From: Octopus bimaculoides
Lineage: Eukaryota
Length of the DNA stretch: 64,000 nucleotides
Direction of reading: 5' to 3'
Assembly (NCBI RefSeq): GCF_001194135.2
Contig: NC_068981.1
Location: 160,370,722 to 160,434,721, forward strand
The position numbers and the translations under genes were made by a program. Below are positions 37,836 through 51,547 of this stretch, in pieces; the stretch's first letter is position 1; each line of letters opens with the position of its first letter. The notes below the pieces were generated by a model that saw only the letters and a list, made by a program, of their open reading frames with translations, had not been told where the DNA came from and did not search any database.

Positions 37836-39005
37836 TTGGGTTGGCTAAAAAGTTCATTTGGTTTTTGTCAACACCAAACTTCAAGCACTCTAATAAGTAC
37901 CTGACTTCCATCTGTCCCTTGTGCATGCACACTCATTAGATGCTTAACATTTCAATATAGTTCAATGTGAACTTGGAACAAGTCAAGTTGTACTTTGTAT
38001 ACTTAGGATCACCTTGAAAACGGGGAACCAAAACAAACATTATCAACACCTCATGGCAACAAAGCACAGAAACCTGCAGAAAGATATGCACTGTGTATGG
38101 ATAAGATGCAGCTATGAAATATGTATGCCAGAAGTGGTTTTTCAAGATTTCAATCTGGAAGTTTTTCAGTTAAAGATGCAAATCAAGTGTTGAAAGCCAC
38201 CCACATTAACTTGGATACAGCAGCTAGCTTAATATTTGGGTCCCACATCAGTTGAATGAGGCTAACCGCACCCACAGGATTTCCATCTGCAGTTCATTGT
38301 AGAAATGTGAAAAAAATTATTCTTACTTGGAACAGAATGGTGACAGGGATATTTAAAAAAAACAAAAAAAAAACGGATCATCTATAACACTGAAGCACAA
38401 ATGATCATAAGAAAGCACAGCAAACCGCTACAAGCAACATGCAAAGCAGGGTTTAACCTGAAGAGGGTTATGCTTTCAATTTAGTGGGATTGGATGGGTG
38501 TTGTCTTTCATAAGCTTCTTCCCACAGTCAGAACCATTAATTCAGACGTGTACTGTTGGTCACAGTACACATTGAATTGATGATTCTGACTGGACAAATT
38601 AAATATGGTGGTCTACCAGAAACATCCAGCACTTGCTAATCGTAAGAGCATTGTCTTTTATCATAACAATGCCAGACTGCACACTTTTTGCTGACATCCG
38701 TAGAAGCAACTGGGACTTGACTATGAAGTTTTGCTGCACTCACCTTCAGATTTCCACCTGTTTCAGTTTCTTCAAAATTCATTGAATGGACTGACCGAAG
38801 AGAATGTAAAACTTTATTTGGAAGAGTTTTTTGCCAGTTAAACAGGAAATTTTTGAGCAGGAAATAATGGATCTGCCCACAAGCTGGCAGAAAATACTGA
38901 AATGTAACAGTAGTTATATCACTGATTGAATAACTCATTTCGTACTTAAGACTTCTGCCTGATTTTCACTTAAAGAAAAATAAACAGACTTTTTGACCAA
39001 CCCAA
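37836..39005 (+). mobile_element. Mariner (Tc1/mariner superfamily) element with both TIRs and a dead transposase
   Basis: TA|ttgggttggctaaaaagttc ... gactttttgaccaacccaa|TA. Remnant motifs: RMVTG (cf. VTGDEKW), RKSIVFYHNNARLH (cf. HDNARPH) and PSDFHLFQFLQNSLNG (cf. PSDYHLF). Inserted into a SINE-like repeat. Confidence 0.9.
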
Positions 39006-39211
39006 TATATAATGTGTCCTTCCTTTTTTTAAAATGTAAGGGTGTCATTTGGGGAGGATTTGACTGCTATTTCTAGTAAGCTCCATAGCAGTGTGTAGAC
39101 AGTTAGCAAAAACCTTAACATAATCATTTGCCTGAATTTGGAGCTAAATTACTTACATTAAATATTGCTTGTTATGGAGAAGGAGAAATAGAGTATAAAC
39201 TGGCTGATTAA

Positions 39212-39383
39212 TCTTTTGATACCAACCTTGCCAAGAATAATACAAACTTGGTTCAATAATACAAACTTGCTGTTTGAAAGTGATCTAAATGACAACAAAG
39301 TTATTTTAGTAAATTCTTCATTATTTTAAAATAAAAATGAATCAAAGGCAATGCATTTTAACAGAAATGCAGTAATAAAAGAG
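39212..39383 (+). mobile_element. TTAA-flanked MITE, family B
   Basis: TTAA at 39208-39211 and 39384-39387; ends tcttttgataccaacc / cagtaataaaagag. Confidence 0.65.
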
Positions 39384-41644
39384 TTAATGATAAAATATTA
39401 AGTATTATAAGATGATAGACTATTGTTTTTGTTGTTTATTCGTTTTGTGCCCAGATTAGATTGTTTAAACAGACCTATGATCAGACATTCTCCCTATAAC
39501 AATTTGCTCAATGATTGTAGATAGAAGCTACAAGTAGGTTTGACAGACCTTAGTAATGTTAAGTTAGTTTTAATGTATTTAATTCATTCAGGAAACATAA
39601 AAAAAGCTGACTAGAATTAATTACATAGTGAAGAACATAGACTAACAGTTTTTTTTTGTTTTTTTTTTGTTTTTCACCACCTAATTAATCTAAGTTTTTT
39701 TTTATGATGCTTCTCATATTGAATATGTTAACACTAACTAAACCACTGTTTTTCATGCCGATGGTGTTCCTGAGTAACTTATTCTCTAAACTGACCTCAG
39801 AAAATTTATGCTAACAAGAGACACATTTGAAAGTAGTAACTTTAAATTGGAATGAGTTTGTAAACTCACTCAAACCATACTGATTGAGATAGATAGAAAT
39901 AGATGATGATGGTCGGTGTTAGTATTTCAGTAAGTGATGCAGAAGTTTTGTTTTTACTGTACAAATATAATCAATGTTTAATATAAAACTTACTAATCAT
40001 TTGCAGAGGCATAAAAGTAATTAAAGACTAATTTATTTATGCTAACAAAATGTCAGCTTATCTGAACATGAAGCGAATTATATATAATTTGACATGAAAA
40101 GTGTTTGGTGAAAAATTGTGTCATTACTAGAAAATGAAATATTAACATAATAAGAGTTTTTCAGATGATTGACTTAAAAGGGTAATATTCAACATCAAAC
40201 TGAACATACTACCAATTGTTTCATGAAACAGCTGAATCTGTAGACCGTTTATTTGTTTACTATTTTGTATTTGTTTGTATTTGAGCTGACATTAAATAGT
40301 TTCGTCTGGTTTGCAACTGATCAAAGATCAACTTATTTATTTTCTTGTTTGTTCAGTAATTTGTCTGCTATAATTTGAGCTTATGGCCATATCTGAACAT
40401 ATTAATCTAGTACTTTAACCACTTACTCCTTATGTCCCTTGGTAGATTGTAATTGTTAGTCTGTGTATTGGCAGAATCATTAGAGTGTTGGATAAAATAC
40501 CTTCCAATATTTAGTTGCACCTTTACATCAACTTTACCTTTCATGCTTCTGGGGGTTAATAAAATAAAATATCAATCTAGAGATGATGTACATTTCAATA
40601 ATGCATCCTAGGTATGAAAGGAATTATAATAGAAGACTAAGACTAAAATCCTATTTAATCTTCAGAGGTATAAAAATATGAGAAAATGCTTGTGTAAGAA
40701 ATAAAAATATTAGTTTTCTTTTATATTAATATAATATTTTAAATTTAAAGGAGGTGATGGAATGTTATAAGGATTGTGCCTTTCCTGAGAGCTTTAGCAC
40801 TGTTATGTTAAATCTAAATATTTGAATCTCGAGCGAATAAAAAGGGGTTTTAGGTTTATTAATAAACTTCAGTTTACATTATTTATTGTTGTTTAAGTTC
40901 AGGATAAACATGATCTGGCCTGTAGGTAGTCAGCCTAGTGGCTTGTTGCAATCAAGTAAGGTATCAACTCTTTATTGTTTGACCAGTGTTCCTGCCATAC
41001 CACATGCTATCTCAATTTTAGGCAAAACACATCCAATGTGTCCTTCCTTTCCCTTTTCCTATAATAAAAAGGTATGGTTTAAAAGTGATTTGTTACTTTC
41101 AGTAGTTCATGCAACAGCATAATGTGTCCTTTCTTAACTTGGTTTACATTGTTTTTAGAGTCTGAGAAACAAATCCCATTACCTTTCTGATAAACATTAT
41201 TTATTTTATTTTGTAATTTAACAATAGCATTGTTTCCTGAAGGTTTCCAAACTGCCAATCACTGGTTCATTGCATTTTTAGTGGCAAGAGTGTCAAAGGA
41301 GTGTCGCTACTTTTTCAGTTTTTTACTTATAAAGGCCCCTTTTGATCATGACTGCCTATGAGTTTCTGCACCTTCAAAAGTTCTTCTCCAAGGTACAGGC
41401 CTGGCCAACAGTTTTGGCAAGCAGACCAGTAATTGTCCATGCATGCAACTCTCCACTTTCCATGCTACCAGTAATGTCCAGAAGAAAAACAATGTCAATA
41501 CAGCTTGGCATTAGTATTATTACAGATGTTGCTCTCAAAATACAAAGAGCCATGACAGGTGCTGCAGGGCATCCCATTCAGCGCTTTAACAGTTCCTCCA
41601 GTCCTCTTCTTTGGGCTGGTACTTTTTTAGCAATCCCAAAAGGA

Positions 41645-42310
41645 TGAAAGCTAAAGATGACAATAAAAGGTTTGCCAATACTTCTCTTAAATGCCTGAAA
41701 GGCTCCCTTGAAGTTGATAGTGTTTGTTACCTAGGTGACCTAATTATCAATGGGAGTGAGTGTTCTGAAAGCATAGTAGTCAACAAGAGGATAGGTTGGA
41801 AAATCTCCAAGGGGTTATTTCTTTTACTGGTAACAAAGGGTTTCGCTCTCATAGTACAGCTCAGATTATATGATGCTTGTGTAGAAATTGTGATGTTGTA
41901 TGTTAGTAATACATGGGCTTTTAATGCAGAGGATTTGTAGAGGTTGAAAAATAAACAAGCCTCATAATCCATTGGATTTGTAATGATAGAGTATGAATGA
42001 GCCAAGGTAAAAAAAGAGCTGGTTATAAGAGAAATCAAGTATTATGTGCAAGAGGAAAGGCTCTGCTGATATGAAGATGTGACACATATTTAAGATGACA
42101 GGACAACCAAGTGAAGCAATGCACGGACTCCAAGTAGGTGGAGCATGTGAACCTGTCGAAGAGAGATATTTAGGAAGACATGAGAAAAAGTGGTAAAGTC
42201 TATTGTGAGGATGTTGAGACTCATGAAGGAGATAACAAAAGACCACAATATTTGGTGACATGAAGTACTGGAGAGGACCTAGCCACCTGTACATAATGAA
42301 ATGCACATCG
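41645..42310 (+). mobile_element. Decayed RTE LINE C-terminal fragment
   Basis: LEVDSVCYLGDLIING..CSESIVV..RIGWK...LLVTKG...RLYDACV..MLYVSNTWA, colinear with 54900-55400. Confidence 0.85.
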
Positions 42311-43019
42311 AATAATGGTGGTGATGGAGGCTGGGAGGAAAATACATCCACATTAGGATCTTCTGTCTCCTCTGTGTCTTTGATAACCTCTTATCCCTGT
42401 CATTCATCTCTCTATTGCTCGTGCTCTTTCCATTCACCCTCTCTCCTTTCCACTCTACCATACTGTCCATATAACAAGAAATGATATTAGATATGTCATC
42501 CTTCTGACAGTCATCCTCTCTCCATTTCACTGTGTGTCACCTGTGTAGCAAGAGTTGGCATTGAATCTGTGTGTATTCTACCACACCTCTTGCTTTCTCT
42601 TCCACTAAGATGCCTTTGTATGAGGGGGTAGCATCACATCTGTTCATATCCTAAAGGCTCTCTCATCACCCTTATTGTACTGCCAATCATCACTCTTTTT
42701 CCTCCCCTTCCATCATCTCATATCTATTACCATCTATCACTTGATATTTCTTTTATGATAGCAAACATCTAGCTATTATCAATGCCTTACTTCCACTATA
42801 TTTTCACTCTCCCCAACTCCCTCATCTACTTTCTTACTCCAATTACTGTTTCTCCCATCATATTCCCTTTCTCTTCACCCACTCACCATTACTTCTCTTC
42901 TATATATATCCATTGCTCTCCATTCTACACATCTTCTTGGTCATGTTGTGTTGAAACCTATTGAGACACCTGTAGTGTAGTGAGAACTTGATAGCCTTGC
43001 AGAACAGAAGTGAATCTCA

Positions 43020-43372
43020 CTAATGCTGAAATCGTAAAGAAAGGCACCCAGTACACTCTGTGAAGTGATTGGTAAATGAGTAAAGACAATGCATGGGTAA
43101 AAGGGTCCTTTAATCTTGCCATGGACATTACAATTTCTCCAGCATTAGTGCCACAAAAAATGTGCCCAGTGCATTCTGTAAAGTAGTTGGTGTTTGAAAA
43201 AAAAAACATCAAGCTATAGAAACAATACCAAAGTTGAACTTACAGGCATGACATAATTCTTCGACCCATCTAGGCAGACAGTAACACTGAATAAGAACTG
43301 ACTCAGACTGTGATGATCTGTTCAACGCATACTAGCATAGAAAGTAGATGTAAATGATGATGATAATAATGG
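43020..43372 (+). mobile_element. Decayed RTE 3'-tail-derived element
   Basis: 'ggcacccagtacactctgtgaagtgattgg', 'aaagtagttggtgttt', and a 'catagaaagtagatgtaaatgatgatgat' tail. Confidence 0.55.
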
Positions 43373-43969
43373 TGGTGATAAATTTGTATATTTGAATACT
43401 GTTAAATAATATTTTAAACATTAGCTACTCAACTATAAAATTCATGTGGCAGCCATTATTAGTTAGACAGATTATATGAGGTGTAAAGTTTACTGTCTAA
43501 GCAAACAGTGTTAATTACCAGGTCTCAAGGTCACAATGTTTTTGTCAGTAGTCCAATATCACATCCAGTAATTCTGTCTCTTGTTAAGAGTGAAAATATG
43601 TAATGGAATTTTCCTGTGAAGCTGTTTTCCCTCTTTTTGTGATATTAGTTATGGAGGCTTTGTGCTGGAAATCAAATGTTAGCTGTGCTTGAACTGCTAG
43701 AAATAGTAACCTTAAAATTCTACCCAACTATCTTAGAGAAAAGGATTCATTGATTAATGTAGTTCTTCATGCATCATATCTTAAAAATAACTTGTTTACA
43801 ACTAGAAGACCTTTTATTGTGTATCTGCTTGATCAGAGTTGACCTAGGACTAAGCAACAACAATCCAACATTAGTTTTGAGCTTCCTGGTTATTAAAAGT
43901 ATAGATCATGTTCATCTTTTATTTCATTCTCTTTGTTTTGTATTTATTTTACAATTGATAGTTGTAACC

Positions 43970-44034
43970 CCATGAAATTATACCAAAGATCATGGATATA
44001 CCATGAATTATACTAAAGATCATGGATACACCAT
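43970..44034 (+). repeat. Two tandem copies of a ~30-bp unit
   Basis: ccatgaa(a)ttatac(c/t)aaagatcatggata(t/c)a twice, followed by ccat. Confidence 0.9.
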
Positions 44035-44306
44035 ACATGTAATACTAATTTAGGACTAAGCACAAGGACAGTTTTTAAAATGGAATGTTACAGCCAGTTA
44101 TATTACTTGTACTATTTTATTAATACTGTAGAGAGGAAATTCAACTCTGCTGAGATTTCAAGTCAGAAACTAGAGAGACAAGACTAACTACTATGGGTCA
44201 TTTAACCTGATGCTTTACTTTTCTCCCAACTTAGCCCACATTTCTAAAGTTGCAGGCACCTTGCCATACTCAAGAAGACCCATCCGCCACAGCAGAATTG
44301 ATACTG

Positions 44307-44591
44307 ATACTGGTGCCACATAAAAAGCACTGGTGCCACATAAAAAGCACTGGTGCTAGTGCCATATAAAAAAGCACTTGTGCTGGTGTCACATTAAAAG
44401 CACTGGTGCTGGTGCCACATAAAATGCACCCAATACACTTTGTGGAGTGGATGGCATTAGGAAGGGCATCCAGCCATAGAAATCATGCCAGAACTGACAA
44501 TAGAGCCTAGTGCAGCCCCTGGCCTTACCAGCTCCAGTCAAACCATCCAACCCATGTCAGCATAGAAAATGGACATTAAATGATGATGATG
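44307..44591 (+). mobile_element. RTE 3'-tail-derived element with 20-26-bp tandem units
   Basis: About five units of 'ctggtgccacataaaaagca', then 'ggcattaggaagggcatccagccatagaaa...gacattaaatgatgatg'. Confidence 0.8.
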
Positions 44592-45711
44592 CTGAAGAGC
44601 ATTTTTTTTTTCTTTTAAAAAGGGGAATAGTTAATTAAATCAACTGAAGTGTCTAACTTTGCTATTCATATTCATCCATCATGTACATATTAGATGAATG
44701 GCTAAGTTGATCCTAGCAGGATCTGAATTCAGACTGCAGAGGTATGCTGTAAAGGTAATTTGTCCATTACCTTACCCGTTCTACCTGTCCACCACCCTCT
44801 TTTGATGTAATATTTCCTTGAAATAATTATTTTTATAATTTCATTTATTCACAGTAAAATAACAATTTGAAAGACAAATACTTTTTATAAATCTGAGTAA
44901 TAAATGCATCTATCATAAATTATATAATGGAATTTACTCTCCAGAAAATTTCTTTCTCACAAAAATTTTACTTAGTGATAGAATTAGGGGGTTTATTTTA
45001 TTGCTTTTTTTAAGAGAAGAGGGTTTATTTTGGGTTTTTTTTTTTTTTTTACTTATTTCAGTCTTATTGCTACATTGCTGAATAAACTTGTCAGTATTTT
45101 GCAATTATCAGAAACGAACATCTCAAATATTTAATTTTACTTTGCATTATTTACGCATAAAAATGTTTGCCAGCTATGATTGTGTTAAACGCTATCATAA
45201 TTCACATCATGTTTTTCCACATCAGCAAATGTCATGTCAACATAACTATGTATTCTTCTGTGTTTACTTGGAAAATGTTATAGGATAGATGGGAGAAGCT
45301 AGGAAGATTTTTTTTTTTTTTTGCTTGTTTTGATTTCCCATATTAACATGGATTAAAGGATTTCCTAAATTCAGTTATACAATTTTGTATTGAATATCAT
45401 ATTTTACTAACTTGAAATCTGATTAATCGCTAACTGCCTTCAGTTAGATTGAGAAAAATAGAAAATTATTTCATACATAGATACTTTACCTGAGATTTAT
45501 AGGAGGGAAATGAGACCTGTGACACCTGTGCCTTTCTAATAGGCCTAAGTGACTTGAGTGAAATGAAATATCAGGCAGGTCTGACTTTGCAATCAGGCAG
45601 ATTCAGATCTGATCCTACTGCACAGCACCTTGAGTTAGTGTCTTCTAACATAGATGTGGACTGAACTCAGTATCTGGGAAACTGTGTAGAAGCTATATAT
45701 ATGTACGCACA

Positions 45712-45889
45712 TTCTTTTATTCTTTTACCTGTTTCATTCATTTGACTGCAGCTATGCTGGCGCACTACCTTGAAGGGTTTTAGTCAAACAAATCAACCCC
45801 AAGACTTTTTTTTAAAGCCTAGTACTTATTCTGTCAGTCACTTTTGTTGAACTGCCAAGTTATGGGGATGTAAACACACACACACACAG

Positions 45890-45920
<31 letters not shown>

Positions 45921-46065
45921 ACAGTTTCCATCTACCAAATTCATTCACAAGGCTTTGGTCAGCACAAAGCTATAGTAGAAGCCACTTTCCCAAGGTGCCA
46001 CAGAGTGGGACTGAACCTGGAACCATGTGGTTGAGAATCGAGCTTCTTACCACACAGCCATGCCA
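45712..46065 (-). mobile_element. Composite tRNA-SINE
   Basis: Same family as 28591-29262. Confidence 0.8.
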
Positions 46066-49000
46066 AATGAAGTCCTTTGTGATATTAGTTCTGCTTTAGC
46101 AGGCAGTCTCATTACATTCACCATCATAAATGCTGTGAAGCAGCAATTGTCCCATTGAAAACCTGTAACCAATGACACAATTCTTTACAAAATGAGATAT
46201 AAAATTAATAAGACAGGTGGAAATTGGGAACAAGTTGTATGTTTGGCTTTCCAAAATTCAACTTTGTTTATTGTATTTGCCTAAGACAAAATAATGAATT
46301 TTACTTGTGGAGGCTATACATTTCATACCCCTTTATTTATAAGCTAATGAAATCCACCATTTTGACAATTCAGCAACAAGGCAGATTTTTAAAAATATGG
46401 AATCGTCCATGAATTCACATTTATTAATATATCAGAAAAGTTTAATTTGAAATAGAACAGCAGAAAGGGAAAAATGGACATAAAAACAGTGTTGATCGTG
46501 ATGTTGATGATTAATAAGGTGAAATTGTTGATTGCTTGAGAAGAGATTGAAAATAGAAGATAAGAAATGGCTGAATAAATGATAAATGCTAAAAGTAGAT
46601 AATAAGCAGAAAATGTAATTAAGTCAGGGAAAATTTTGAATGAGGCAGTTAAAATTGGTCTGAAGGAAATGGAAGAAACAGAAGATATGAGCTTGGTAGA
46701 ATATTGCATAAAGTAATCATGAAACCTCATCTAACTGATGTTAGCCTGAAAGAAAGAGAAAAAGTATTTATAGTAGCCTAATCTCAAACATTATTTTTTT
46801 CTCTACTGGTCCCAGTTATATATCTGCATTGACTACTACTTCCACTGCATGATTGTTTGCTTCTTACTTATCTATTTTCCTCCATCCATTTACATCAAAC
46901 ATTTTTCACCTTATTTTTTTTCCATCTGATACCATTATCTTCATATGATTTTAATCTCATTGAAATTTATAGTTCTAAGCTGCATGTACTGTATACTGTT
47001 TATGTTCAATTGTGTTTTTAGTTTTAAAAATCAATACCTTGATTTCAATGCTAAAATAGAAAAAAAACTGGGTTTTTTCTCTCCTCCCTGGTTATTTCTC
47101 TATGTCAGAATGGATAGGATGGTTTCTGCTTATTTGGATATTCACATATTGTTAGACCAATATTTTTTTTTATGTAGTTGTTCTACTAAAAATATTCAAC
47201 CTTAAAGAATGAGAGGTCCCTGGCATACAGACTGATGCAGTTTCAGTAAAGTTTTGCTTAAGTAGAAAAGACAATGGTTTCTGACAAAATTGGATGCTAT
47301 GTCCACTTGCCCAATAACTTAACTGTACAACAGTTATTTCAGGAGAGTGTATAAATGTTTGCTTCTTATTTGCATCATATGTTGAGCTCACTTTTTTTAT
47401 TGCTTACTTGCAAATCAGAGCTTATCTATATATTAAAATTTTACTGGATTTAATATTCTTCAAAAATTCTTGATAGTACATTCTCTATAACAAACACTTT
47501 ACCTCACCAAAATATTTACATATTGCTTTAAAAATTATACTGTTCTCTGATTTTCTTTGTAAAATGATAAATCCCAGTTTGCAATTTTCGATAACTTCAT
47601 CAATCATTTTTATTGATTCATCCATTTAAAACGCTAATGCTTTGTTGTATGTATTTTTCACCAACATTAACTTTACTCACCCACCATAATGCATATAGAA
47701 TAGAAACACAGTAAATAAGAAATGACAAGACTTTCCTTGCTTTAAGATCATGGTCCTCTTTCATTTAGTCAACCATTGATGTGATTGAGCATAATGCTCT
47801 GATATCAAACACTACTTAGAGATAAGTGCAAAATAATGTAATGCAGCTAACATTACTTAAAATGATATTGACAATTATGATAATGCTCACAACAATGATG
47901 AATAGTTTTGAAAAAATTTTAAATTTTTTTCCTGCTTCTAGTGTGTGTTCTGTTTTATGTATAGCAATAAAACATTAATAAAAGATATTTGAATAACGCT
48001 TTCTGTTTATTCCCCATCTGGTTTTATAGTGAAAGATTATTCATAGAAAAATAACTTTCACTGATAAAATGAATTTTCAAATCAGTAAAAAGTGTATGAC
48101 TTCTGCCATGCATGCTAACTTTGAATGTTATATTGTATAAATTGTCATCTTATTAAACCTTAAATTTCAATTTTAAAAAAATATTCACAAGTTAAAACTC
48201 CCAATCACTAGTGTGATGTGATTAGTGTTTTTGTTTTCTATTCACCTATGGACTTGAAACTCACAAACTGAAAATATTAAAACCTATCCATATAGCTATT
48301 AAAGCTGCATTTTTTTTTTTTTTTTCAAAATGTTTCAAACAGAAATCTAACATGATTTAATAATAGAAAAATGAAAAATTTAATATGTTTACATTTTAAT
48401 CCTCTATCTATTACAAAAGAGTACAAGTAATAATAAATCATAATACTCTTTTGAGACAGCTTGAGGAAGGAAAGGAGAAAAATCTAATCTTCTTGCAGAT
48501 AACTAAAAGACTGTGTAACTAAGTTTGTGGATGTCTTAAGTTCAGGATTCTAAATTAACTTTCTAAATAGCGATGTTACCATGTATAATGAATTATGTGA
48601 AATGTAGACAGTGGCTTTCAGCATGAAAACAGTGCATCAACTTTAGTAATTAAAGAGTAATGAAAAGTAGATAGATGGATAATTGGGTAAATATTATAAT
48701 AGTACTATAATGTAATTCAGAACTTCTTAAGTATGTAAGCACCTGGAGATAAATGGCCTAAACTGAATGGAATATTTATTTCATAGGTTATAACTAAAGA
48801 TGATAGATGATAACTAAAGTAACTCGAAATAAATCAACTCTGACAAAATAGAATTCATACTAGATAAGATAAAGAAAAATGATTTTCTCTTGAGAGAAGA
48901 AAAAACTTGTGGCAATGGATAATATTACTAATATTACTTATAATAATAATAATAATAATCATAATAATAATTACTTATGGTTGTCCATTGATTTGTCCAT

Positions 49001-49074
49001 AACATCATAAAGAAAGAAAATATGATTTACACCTACATTGTAAATGGTAAAGAAAATATTTGAAAATAATGCTG

Positions 49075-49312
49075 ATGATCATCATCACCACCATTTAACA
49101 TCCATCTTTCGATATTTGTATGGGTCAAACAAAATCTGTTGAAGTAGATTTTCTACAGCCAGGGTATCCTTCCTGTCACCAACACTCACCTGTTTCTAGA
49201 TAAGTTAACATTCCCTCTGGCTACACATATTTTTCCACGAACTCTTGGAAACAAACACAGCTTGTATGATGGTGATGCTCATTTACAGACATCAGGTGAT
49301 ATTAAGACATGG

Positions 49313-49350
<38 letters not shown>

Positions 49351-49485
49351 ACGTACAACAGATTTCTTTTTGATCCTCTACCAAATCCACTCACAAAGCT
49401 TTGGTCAGCTAAGGTTACAGTAGAAGACACTTGCTCAAGATGTCACACAGTGGGAAATAAGCTTCTTAACCACATAGCTGTCTGT
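49075..49485 (-). mobile_element. tRNA-SINE with RTE-like tail
   Basis: Reverse complement of the 25153/50655/62150 type. Confidence 0.7.
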
Positions 49486-49494
49486 GCTTGTTAT

Positions 49495-49765
49495 TAATAT
49501 TCATCATCATCATCATCGTTTAACATCTGCTTTCCATGCTGGCATGGCTTGGATGGTTTGACTGAGGACTGGCAAGCCAGTAGGCTACACCAGGCTCCAT
49601 TCTGATTTGGTAAGGTTTCTACAGCTGGATACCCTTCCTTATGCCAGCTACTCTGAGAATGTAATGGGTGCTTTTTACATGCCACTGGCATGGGAGCCAG
49701 TCAGGGGGCACTGATATCGACCACATTCACATGGTGCTTTTTATGTGTCACTGGCACAGGGAGCC
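49495..49765 (-). mobile_element. RTE 3'-tail-derived element
   Basis: (ATC)n followed by 'gtttaacatctgctttccatgctggcatgg...ggataccctttcc-like / gagaatgtaatgggtgctttttacatgcc'. Confidence 0.8.
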
Positions 49766-50654
49766 AGTCATGTGGCACTAATGATAATAATCATTTCTAG
49801 TTCAGATATAGGGCCAGCCATTTTGAGGAGAGAAAAACAGTTGATTATATTAACCCCAGTATTTGACTGGTATTTTATTGACCTTGAAAGTTGGCTAAAA
49901 GGTATCAGTTCTAATTGTATAAACTGTGAATGTGAGCTTTCAGAGATTGCTAAGTAAACATCCAAATTAACCTGAAAATATAAATTAAGTATATACCAAC
50001 ATGACGCTGAAACTTCAAACGTAAAATGTATTGAATTAATTACAGTTTTATAATTTAAAAAGCTTCTAATTACATGGAATAAACCAGAGAAGTCACCGTG
50101 TGGACATTTTCACTACTAGAAATAGAAGTCAAATGTCCCTCAAATTACACTAGAAAAAAGACTGAATGGTTACTGATAGAACACTTTTCATCAGTCAGAG
50201 TTGACCCTCTTTGAACAACAACAACAACCCATTTCAGTTATTCATGTAAATGTCTAAACTCTGGAGAAACACATTGGACAATGCAATCTATGATTTTATT
50301 ATCCAATACATCCTTTCTGAGTTCATGACAGAAAAACATGACAACAGTGGACATAACTGAAGTCCCTTTGATCATAATTGTCTCCTTAATCAGGGATAAC
50401 ATGATTAATGTGTATTGAGTTATATGCTGTCACTTATTGTATCTAATCAAATAAAATGTGTACTTATCAAGAATTTTTTTTTATTTATATTTTTTTTTTT
50501 TTGTTCTGGACAAAATCAGCTGCAGGCAGACTTGTTTTAAAAATACCTAAAACGTATGTCATGATGACATCCCTAACACTCCATCAGGAGTTGAGGAAAC
50601 AAGGCAAGGCATTGTCATTATATGCAAGTATTGCTTATGTAATAATAATACTTG

Positions 50655-51090
50655 CATGTGTGGTTAAGAGGTTGGCTTCCAAATCACTTGGCTTCAGGTT
50701 CAATCCTACTGCATGGCACCTTGAGCAAGTGCCCTCAAGTATACTTGGGTTGAGCAAAGCCTTGTAAGTGGATTTAGTAGACAAAAACTAAAAGAAACCA
50801 TCATATGCATATATCTGTGTGTGTGTGTGTGCACAAATGTACATATGTTTGTGTCTCCTTGTCTTGATGTCATCTGAAAGTTGTAAATGATTGTCACTGT
50901 CATACAAGCAGTGTCATTTATTTCCAATAATTATTCTGCAGAAACATGTTTGGCATTGAGGAAGTATGACCTTGCTTGGAAGCAGGTGATGGTTGGTGAC
51001 AAGAAGGGCATCTGGCTGTAGAAAATCTACCTCAGTAAATCTGTCCAACCCATGTAAGCATGGAAAAGTTAATACTAAAGCAGTGATGAT
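50655..51090 (+). mobile_element. tRNA-SINE with RTE-like tail
   Basis: Head, (GT)n, then '...gaagggcatctggctgtagaaaatc...catgtaagcatggaaaag...gatgat'. Confidence 0.75.
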
Positions 51091-51547
51091 GATTATTACT
51101 TATGTATTATAAGTATTACTACTTTAGTATTAATTCATTTAAAGCTTGCATTAAGATTCAGCTCAGATTATAGCAGTTGTCATGTTTCTTGAAGTTAAAT
51201 AATTAAGACTTTCTGTGTTGCTTGAGGAGATGCTCTCCAGAAATTATTATTATTTATGTATTAGCATAAGCAGGCAATATTAATTAGGCATTAACACATG
51301 GCAGTTTTATTATTGATATATGCATATATTATTAATTAGAGCATCAGACTGCCTTGCAGTATTTCTTCTGATTCTCTGTACTCTGAGTTCAAATGCAGTG
51401 GAGGTCAACTTTGCCTTTCATACTTTCAAGATCAATAAAGTGCTAGTCCTGTACCAACAATAATTCTTTCACCCTCTCCTTTTCTTTCTGGGAGAAACTG
51501 GGTGTGGGTAAACATTTAGTATGGGAATGTTACCGAAGCTGTGTGTG

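Noticed and set aside
41341-41640. Laminin-EGF-like reading (CMDNYWSACQNCWPGLY) in another minus frame
   Set aside because: The Cys spacing is off by one and the frame has in-frame stops.
44307-44425. Regular 20-26-bp repeats resembling a CRISPR array
   Set aside because: No unique spacers and no cas genes; these are tandem units inside a eukaryotic retroelement tail.
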